Shown here: piece after piece, positions 54,726 through 64,000 of the stretch
Layout of the letters: each line of letters opens with the position of its first letter
How positions within the stretch are numbered: position 1 is the stretch's first letter
Assembly (NCBI GenBank): GCA_964016885.1
Contig: OZ024761.1
Span: 29,388,001-29,452,000 of the forward strand
Origin: Eledone cirrhosa
Taxonomy: Eukaryota
Length of the DNA: 64,000 nucleotides
Reading direction: 5' to 3'
Position numbers and translations under genes: made by a program
The notes under the pieces: generated by a model
Seen by the model: only the letters and a program-made list of their open reading frames with translations
What the model was told of the DNA's origin: nothing
Databases searched by the model: none

Positions 54726-54789
54726 TATATATACTCATATAGTCATATATATATATATATATATATATGTACATATATATACTCATATA

Positions 54790-54825
<36 letters not shown>

Positions 54826-54887
54826 TATATATACTCATATATTCATATATATATATATATATATATGTACATATATATACTCATATA

Positions 54888-54927
<40 letters not shown>

Positions 54928-54980
54928 CATATATATACACATATATTCATAAATATATATATATATATGTACATATATAT

Positions 54981-55049
<69 letters not shown>

Positions 55050-55103
55050 TATATATACACATATTCATATATATATATATATGTACATATATATACACAT
55101 ATA

Positions 55104-55188
<85 letters not shown>

Positions 55189-55774
55189 ATATATACATAT
55201 ATATGTGGGAGTGTGTGTGTGTGCGAAGAATCTTGGGCATTTTAAACCTGGCAGAACCCACCCCTCTCTAGATCAGAAGACAGCCAATTTCTTTTTCTTC
55301 TTTGAGAGAGAGAGAGAATAAGAGAGAATGAGAGAGGGAGAGAGAGAGAGAATAAGAGAGAATGAGAGAGGGAGAGAGAGAGAGAATAAGAGAGAAAGAG
55401 AGAATGAGAGAAGGAGAGAGAGAGAGAGAATAAGAGAGAATAAGAGAGAATGAGAGAGAGAGAGAATAAGAGAGAATGAGAGACAGTAAACAATATACAA
55501 TAAGATTTGCCCTCAGTATTAAACTGGTACTTTTATTTGCTACCCTTGAAAGGATGAAAGGCAAAATTGACCTTAATGGGAGTTGTACTTAAAGTGTAGA
55601 GAGTTGCAACAGATATTACAAAGTATTCTAACAACTGTGCCTCTTTAGATAGTATGCACATATGCAGGGTACCATAAGGGCACCATAGTAGCATCAAGTG
55701 TTTCTAGGGCATTTTAAGCCTGGCAGAGTCCCTCCCTCTCCAGGTATGAACACAGTAAATTTCTCCCAGTGAAA

Positions 55775-56076
55775 AATAGAAGGGAGTCACTCCAGGTAGA
55801 GCTGATATTGCTCTGAAATGAGAGATCACAACTCTGATACTACGGGGGCATGTGGTTAGAATATCTCAGGAAAGAATCACTGGACAAATTTAATGGGCAA
55901 AACCAACCGGCAGGAGATCCAGGGGTCGACCACGAGCAAGATGGTTGGATAACATCCATGAGCTTGGCTGGTCTCGCTTGGGGATCCAGCCAGATCAATC
56001 GGAGATAATTGCTTCTGACAGGACCCGCTGGAAGGAGTGTTTGGGGACTCTGCCCCAACAACCCTCTCAGGAATAA
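55775..56076 (+). mobile_element. RTE (Expander/Rex3-like) LINE C-terminal remnant
   Basis: Translates ...RSQL*YYGHVVRISQERI...KPTGRRSRGRPRARWLDNI...DRTRWK...*. Confidence 0.75.
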
Positions 56077-57281
56077 GTAGGCAAAGAAGAAGGATAGAAA
56101 GTGAGAGAGAAAGTGAGAAAGAGATATAGAGGAAGAATTGACCCTAGTATTAGCCTGGTACTTTTTTATTGACCTCGAAAGGATGAAAGGCAAAGTGGAC
56201 CTCAGCAGGATTTGAAATGAGAAAGCAGAGGGCTGGAACAAATACCACAAAGCATTCTATCCAACATTCTAATGATTCTGCCAATTTCTTGCCCTTTTAA
56301 ATAGTATACATGCATAGACATACATGCATATATACATACATAGTTACCAGCATACATACACATACATACATATGTATACACATATATTCATGCATAGTTA
56401 CCTGTATACATATACTCACATGTACACACACACATATGCCCTATATATATGGTTATAGATCATATATATACTCAAACATACATACACACACACATATGCC
56501 CCTATATATATATGGTTATAGATCATATATATACTCAAACACACATACACACACATATATACATACATAGTTACCTACATACATATACTTACATATATGC
56601 AAACAGACACACTCACACATATATATATATATATAGAAACACATGCGCACATACCACCGCAACCACCACCACCACCACAAACATCACCACTACCACAAAC
56701 AACACCGACATCACCATCATCACCACCACAACCACCACCATCACTACCACCACCACCCCCACCACAAACATCACCACCATCACCATCACTACCACCACAA
56801 CCACCACCATCACTACCGCCACCACCCAACATTATATTTCAAAAACATCTCATTATCTTCTTTCTTAAATTCATTCATTTATATATATATATGGACCGAG
56901 ATCTTTGATGCTAGGCAGTAATACAAAGACCCGCCTTGCCTAAGTACAAAGCGAAACCTACAGTCAGTAGGCACCTCTTAACCAAAATACACCCCCATCC
57001 CACTACCCCTACCCCCACCGCCATCTACACCACTCCTTTCGATGTTGGTACCACAACATCCAGTCCTAAATAAATGAGGTCGTGTAGGTAACACGGTAAA
57101 AACCTCCCACTCCACACTGTAAATGTGGTTGGTGTTAGGAAGGGCATCCAGCCATAGAAAACCCGCCAGACAATCCTATACGAGCAAGACAACCAATCTT
57201 GCCTCAAGTGGGACAATTCCCGTCCAGACCCATGCTAGCATGGAAGATGGACGTTAAACGATGATGATGATGATGATATAT

Positions 57282-57460
57282 ATAGGAAAATGTATGACCC
57301 TGATGGCGGAGCTCAAGCCATTTCGACGGCTAAAATAGCCGTCAAAACAGCTTGAGCTCTGCCATCGGGGTCATACATTTTCCTATTACCCACTCTACTA
57401 CCCTAAGTATTGAGTACTCTGGTGCGTTATGGTCCATCTGGTTCCTTACCACAACTCCTT
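57282..57460 (+). mobile_element. Palindromic hammerhead-family mini-element
   Basis: Imperfect palindrome 57282-57386 centred on gacggcta-aaa-tagccgtc, then ACTC...GAGTACTC (57392-57419) and (TA)n. Confidence 0.7.
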
Positions 57461-57844
57461 ATATATATCATCATCATCATCAACGTTTAACGTCCGTGTT
57501 CCACGCTTGCATGGGTTTGGACGGGAGTTTTCCCACTTGAGGCAAGAGTGATTGTCTTGCTCGCATAGGACTGTCTGGCAGGTTTTCTACAGTTGGATGC
57601 CCTTCCTAACACCAACCACATTTACAGTGTGGGTCTGGGAGGTTTTTACCGTGTTGCCTACACGGCCACATTACAGCGTGGACTGTGTGTTTTTTTGTCG
57701 TGACACCTACACGATCTCATTTGTTTCGGCGTGGATGGTGTGGCACCAACATAACTTTACATAGAAGGGGGCGGTGTGGATGGGGTGGGGGTGGTGGGTG
57801 TATTTTGTTAGCGATGCCTACTGACTGTAGTAGGTTTTACTTTA

Positions 57845-57881
<37 letters not shown>

Positions 57882-57979
57882 GTGCCGATATATTTGTTAT
57901 ATATATATATATATATATATATACATACATATGTGTGTGCCTATATATATATATATACATACATTTATATTTGTGTGTG

Positions 57980-58017
<38 letters not shown>

Positions 58018-58425
58018 TATTTGTGTGTGCCTATATATTTATCAGTCTTTCTATATATATATATATATATTATTTTATTCAATTTAATATGAAAAATGAT
58101 CTTTAGCTGCGAGATAAATTATTTATTGACTTCTCTGTAGTGATAATGATATCCTTAAATCACCACTATTACTCGCAGCATATTTTATCTTCTGCTCATA
58201 CAGGAAGGAAGAAAAACAATGAAAAAAAAGATGAAGAAAAAGAAGAGAAAAATACAAGTAGGAGAGATGTGGTGGAGGGGAAAAAATAATTTGTAATTAA
58301 TTTTAAACACTATATATATATATATATATAAAGAGAGAGAGACAGTGAGAGAGATAAACATATATATATATATAGATGCACATATATATATATGTGCATA
58401 TACTCATATATATATATAGATGCAC

Positions 58426-58478
<53 letters not shown>

Positions 58479-59266
58479 TATATATATATATATATATATA
58501 TCACAAAATATATCTATGACTTTATATATATATATGTAAACCTTTATATATATATATGCACATATATATATACTCATATATATATATATATATATATATA
58601 TTTAAAATGTCAAGGTGTCATCTAATAGGAGTTGCTATTTATAATAAAATTATTTATTTTGAACTGTTATAAACGAAACATTTCTTTAGACAGACTTATA
58701 TAGATGGAATCCTAGGGGCGCCATAGTGGTGTGTGGTGTTGCTGGTGCATTTTAAACCTGGTGGGGCTTGTTTATCCTCTCTCTCTCCAGGGCTCAACAC
58801 AGTTGAATCTTTCCACAGAAGGAGAGTGGCTGATAGAGAGGAAATGAGAAGGAGAGAAAGTGAGAAGGAATGAGAAGGAAAGTGAGAAGGAATGAGAAGC
58901 AAAGAGAGAATGATAGAAAGGGAATGAGAATGGAGAGTGATAGAGATGAATGAGAAGAGAGAGTGGATGAGAGGAAGTGAGAAGAAGAGAAAGTCATAGA
59001 GAGGGAATGAGAAGAAGTGTTAGAGAGGAAGTGAGAAAGAGAGAGGAGTAGAAGAGAGTAAATGAGAAGGAGAGAAAGTGAGAATGAGAGAGAGAGAGAG
59101 AGAGAGAGTGGAAGAGAGGAAATGAGAAAGAGAGAGGAGTAGAAGAGAGTAAATGAGAAGGACAGAAAGTGATAGAGAGGAAGTGAGAAGGAGAGAGAGT
59201 GATAGAGAGGAAATAAGAAAGAGATAGTAGAAGAGGGAGAATGAGAGAGGGGGAATGAGTAAGAAT

Positions 59267-60645
59267 GACCATGCAGTAAGAATCACCCTGTAGTAAGAAT
59301 AACCATGTAGTAATAATCACCATGTAGTAAGAATCACCATGTAGTAAGAATCACCCTGCAGTAAGAATCACCATGTAGTAATAATCGCCATGTAGTAAGA
59401 ATCACCATGAAGTAAGAATCACCATGTAGTAAGAATCATCATGCAGTAAGAATCACCATGAAGTAAGAATCACCATGAAGTAAGAATCACCATGTAGTAA
59501 GAATCACCATGTAGTAAGAATCACCCTGCAGTAAGAATCACCATGTAATAAGAATCACCATGTAGTAAGAATCACCATGCAGTAAGAATCACGATCCAGT
59601 AAGATTCACCATGTAGTAAGATTCACCATGTAGTAAGAATCACCATGAAGTAAGAATCACCATGTAGTAAGAATCACCATGAAGTAAGAATCACCATGTA
59701 GTAAGAATCACCATGTAGTAAGAATCACCATGTAGTAAGAAAAACCCTGCAGTAAGAATCACCATGTAATAAGAATCACCATGTAGTAAGAATCACCATG
59801 TAGTAAGAATCACCATGTAGTAAGCATCACCATGAAGTAAGAATCACCATGTAGTAAGAATCACCATGCAGTAAGAATCATCATGAAGTAAGAATCACCA
59901 TGTAGTAAGAATCACCATGTAGTAAGAATCACTCTGCAGTAAGAATCACCATGTAATAAGAATCACCATGTAGTAAGAATCACCATGCAGTAAGAATCAC
60001 CATGTAGTAAGAATCACCATCTAGTAAGCATCACCATGAAGTAAGAATCACCATGTAGTAAGAATCACCATGTAGTAAGAATCACCATGTAGTAAGAATC
60101 ACCATGAAGTAAGAATCACCATGTAGTAAGAATCACCATGAAGTAAGAATCACCATGTAGTAAGAATCACCATGTAGTAAGAATCACCATGAAGTAAGAA
60201 TCACCATGTAGTAAGAATCACCATGAAGTAAGAATCACCATGTAGTAAGAATCACCATGAAGTAAGAATCACCATGTAGTAAGAACCACCATGTAGTAAG
60301 AATCACCATGTAGTAAGCATCACCATGAAGTAAGAATCACCATGTAGTAAGCATCACCATGAAGTAAGAATCACCATGTAGTAAGAATCACCATGAAGTA
60401 AGAATCACCATGTAGTAAGAATCACCATGTAGTAAGAATCACCATGTAGTAAGCATCACCATGAAGTAAGAATCACCATGTAGTAAGAATCACCATGCAG
60501 TAAGAATCACCATGTAGTAAGAATCACCATGAAGTAAGAATCACCATGTAGTAAGAATCACCATGTAGTAAGAATCACCATGTAGTAAGCATCACCATGT
60601 AGTAAGAATCACCATGTAGTAAGAATCACCATGAAGTAAGAATCA
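59267..60645. repeat. 17-bp satellite (catgtagtaagaatcac), ~80 copies
   Basis: Highly regular array with tgt/tga/tgc variants. Confidence 0.97.
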
Positions 60646-61065
60646 GTTAAAAGAATTGGCACAAAAAAGTGCTTCAAAAACTTCTCTCCAACCCATGTGA
60701 ATATTGAAACTCAGACATGAGGATAACAATAATGGTGATGATGATTATGATGATAATAGTGATGATAATGATAATAGTGGTGATGGTGATAATAGTGATG
60801 ATAATGATAATAGTGGTGATGGTGATAATAGTGGTGATGGTGATAATGATAGTGATGATGATGATGATGACAAAAATATTATATATAAAAATAAAATGGT
60901 AATAAACAAAAGTTTGCAATGTGAGTTATGAGAGATATGTTGATAATACTTCATCATTTGAGGAGGGGGAGGAGGAGGAGGGCGTGGAGGAGGTGGGGGC
61001 ATCTTCACATATCTGGAACTGAATAAATACATTTTTTTAAAAACCAGCTAAATAATGTTATAACA

Positions 61066-61098
<33 letters not shown>

Positions 61099-61138
61099 TA
61101 GAAAATAGCTAATCCAGTGAAAATATCAAGGAATAAAT

Positions 61139-61855
61139 TTAAGCCCTTTCATTACCATATTTCTAATGAAAGACACTGCCTATGTCATTAACCCTTTCAT
61201 TACCATATTTCTAATAAAAGACACTGCCTATGTCATTAACCCTTTCATTACCATATTTCTAATGAAAGTTACTGTCTATGTCATTAACCCTTTCATTACC
61301 ATATTTCTAATGAAAGACACTGTCTATGCCATTAACCCTTTCATTACCATATTTCTAATGAAAGACACTGTCTATGTCATTAACCCTTTCACTACTATAT
61401 TTCTAATGAAAGACACTGTCTATGTCATTAACCCTTTCATTACCATATTTCTAATGAAAGACACTGTCAATGTCATTAACCATTTCAATACTATATTTCT
61501 AATGAAATACACTACCTATGTCATTAACCCTTTCATTACCATATTTCTAATGAAAGACACTGTCTATGCCATTAACCCTTTCACTACTATATTTCCAATG
61601 AAAGACACTGTCAATGTCATTAACCATTTCAATACTATATTTCTAATGAAATACACTACCTATGTCATTAACCCTTTCATTACCATATTTCTAATGAAAG
61701 ACACTGTCTATGCCATTAACCCTTTCACTACTATATTTCTAATGAAAGACACTGTCAATGTCATTAACCATTTCAATACTATATTTCTAATGAAATACAC
61801 TACCTATGTCATTAACCCTTTCAATACTATAATTCTAATGAAATACACTGCTTAT
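61139..61855. repeat. 48-bp tandem array derived from the left end of piggyBac-like MITE C, ~15 copies
   Basis: Unit ttaaccctttcattaccatatttctaatgaaagacactgtctatgtca resembles 33660-33705; explains the 16-aa repeat ORF 61166-61876. Confidence 0.9.
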
Positions 61856-61894
61856 GATTTTCAAATTATTTTTTAAATAGTCAAGAATTTTCTG

Positions 61895-62270
61895 ACAGGA
61901 GTTATGACTGACAGATAGTATCAGCAATGGAAAAACCAATAGAAACATGGCTTCCTTGGTCTGATCTGATGATCAGCTTCTTTCTTCTGCCAGTTGTGAC
62001 TGACAGATAGCATCAGCAATGGAAAGACTAATGGAAACATTATTTCCTTGGTCTGATCTGATGATCAGCTCATTTCTTCTGCCAGGAGTTGTGACTGACA
62101 GATAGTAGCAGCAATGGAAAAACCAATAAAAACATTGCTGCCTTAGTCAGATCTGATGATCAGCTTTTTTTATTCTGCCAGGAGTTGTGACTGATAGATA
62201 TAACATCAGCAATGGAAAGACCAATAAAAACCTTGCTTCCTTGGTCTGATCTGATGATCAGCTCATTTCC
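61895..62270. repeat. ~92-96-bp tandem repeat, 4 copies
   Basis: gttgtgactgacagatag...ctgatctgatgatcagct at ~61901, 61993, 62088 and 62184. Confidence 0.85.
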
Positions 62271-63084
62271 ATTTCACATGATATTACTAAGTTTCTCATT
62301 ATGAAGCTGGAGTTTAGTTTGGAACATAACTAAATTAAGGTTCTTACACTAAAGTGTGATGGATGGTTTTTAGATAAATATGAAATTATGTGTTGTAGAA
62401 CTAAAACTGGTTTCAGGTCGTTTGGTGCCAATAGGTTGCGGACTTGAAACATTTGAAAATTAAAATAACAGGAAATGTGACATCAAAGAAAGAATTGAAA
62501 TGTTAAATTGGAGCAACTACAGACATAATCACCACCACCACCACCATCATTATTATCATAACCACCACCAGCCGCACCATTATCACCATCACCACCACTA
62601 GCACCGTTAACATCATCACCATCATTATCATTACCACCATCACTATCATCCTCATCACCACCATCATTGCAACCACCACTATCATCATCATCACCACCAT
62701 CATTATCACCACCACTATCACCACAGCCACCACCAACACCACCACTATCATCCTCATCACCACTATCATCATCATCACCACCATCATTATCACCACCACT
62801 ATCACCACAACCACCACCAACACCACCACTATCATCCTCATCACCACCATCATTACAACCACCACCATCATTATCACCACCACTATCACCACAACCACCA
62901 CCATCACCACCACCATAACCACCACTATCATCATCATCATCATCATCAAGAAGTGAGATGTGTTGGGCCCTTAACTCTTAATGGAGTTGTAGAGGCATTG
63001 TATTGATATACACCGAAGGTTGGCGATAACCTCCATACTCCCAGGTAGATATAGGCACGCTCTCAGTCCTCCAACTCTCAATCC

Positions 63085-63800
63085 AGCTGTCACATCCATG
63101 GCTATGACAGCTGGAAAAAGAGAGGTAAAGCTACACCAGTACTTGGGGTGGTACTTTCTACTTGATCCAGCAGAATATCCATGGATATGACAACTGGGAG
63201 AGGCAAGGCCACACCAGTACTGGTTTGGTACTTTCTTTGGAATTGATCCACCAGAACATCCATGGATATAACAGCTGGACAAAAAAAGAGGCAGGACTAC
63301 ACCAGCACTGGTTTGGTACATCATACTTGATCCAATTGTCACATCCATGGATGTAACAGCTGGAAAAAGAGAGGTACTAGTACTGGATTGGTACTTTTTA
63401 CTTGATCCAGCAGAATATCCATGGATATGGTAGCTAGAAAAAAAGAGAGGCAGAACTACACCAGTACTGGTTTGGTACTTTCTTTATACTTGAGCCAGCA
63501 GAGCATCCATGGATGTGACAGCTGGAAAAAGAGAGGCAGAACTGCACCAGTACTGGTTTGGTACTTTCTTTCTACTTGAGCCAGCAGAGCATCCATGGAT
63601 GTGACAACTGGAAAAAGAGAGGCAGAACTGCACCAGTACTGGGGCCTGTACTTTTTTTGTACTTGATCCAGCATAACATCCATGGATGTGACAACTGGAA
63701 AAAGAGAGGCAGAACTCCATCAGTACTGGGGCCTGTACTTTTTTTGTACTTGATCCAGCATAACATCCATGGATGTAAAGGCTGGAAGAAGAGAGGGAGA
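63085..63800. repeat. ~85-bp tandem repeat, ~9 copies
   Basis: atccatggat recurs every 74-88 bp. Confidence 0.85.
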
Positions 63801-63847
63801 TCTATACCAGCAATGGGTTGGTGCTTTCATTTACTAATACCAACAGT

Positions 63848-64000
63848 TTAACCCTTTAGCATTTACATTACTCTATATATACTATTGTATTTTCACAGTA
63901 AAGGCTTTAACCTCACATAATATCGAATCTATGAGATTTTGATATTTATTTTGAGAACAATACCTTAACATAAGTATGAGCAGCCGGTTACAGCTGGTTT
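63848..64000. mobile_element. piggyBac-like MITE B (cut by window edge)
   Basis: TTAA-ccctttagcatttacattactc... Confidence 0.85.

Noticed and set aside
61166-61876. 236-aa ORF with 16-aa repeats
   Set aside because: By-product of a 48-bp (3n) tandem repeat derived from a MITE end.

Overview
AT-rich eukaryotic non-coding DNA, full of microsatellites and almost certainly intronic or intergenic. An octopod cephalopod genome is likely, inferred from the tRNA-derived CORE-like and MetaSINE-like SINEs with (ATG)n tails and the huge (TA)n/(TACA)n arrays. I recognised no host protein-coding exon, and almost all listed ORFs are translations of simple repeats. Real coding remnants are all retrotransposon pieces: a 1.6-kb Tx1/L1-type endonuclease+RT fragment, three RTE 3' ends, a CR1 3' end and an R4/Dong-type zinc-knuckle fragment. 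There are also piggyBac-, mariner- and hAT-like MITEs and several local satellites (113, 17, 45, 48 and ~85 bp). The main unexplained signal is about 13 short, mostly unrelated islands sitting in or next to (TA)n tracts. Each carries a recognisable minimal type I hammerhead ribozyme (CUGANGA...GAAA-N-UH), usually followed by AATAAA. Many are folded back into inverted repeats, including one perfect 244-bp palindrome. Several share a downstream ACTC...GAGTRCTY hairpin that begins just outside the inverted arm. This resembles Penelope-like pLTR remnants or a non-autonomous ribozyme-retroelement system targeting (TA)n. All structures were folded by eye.
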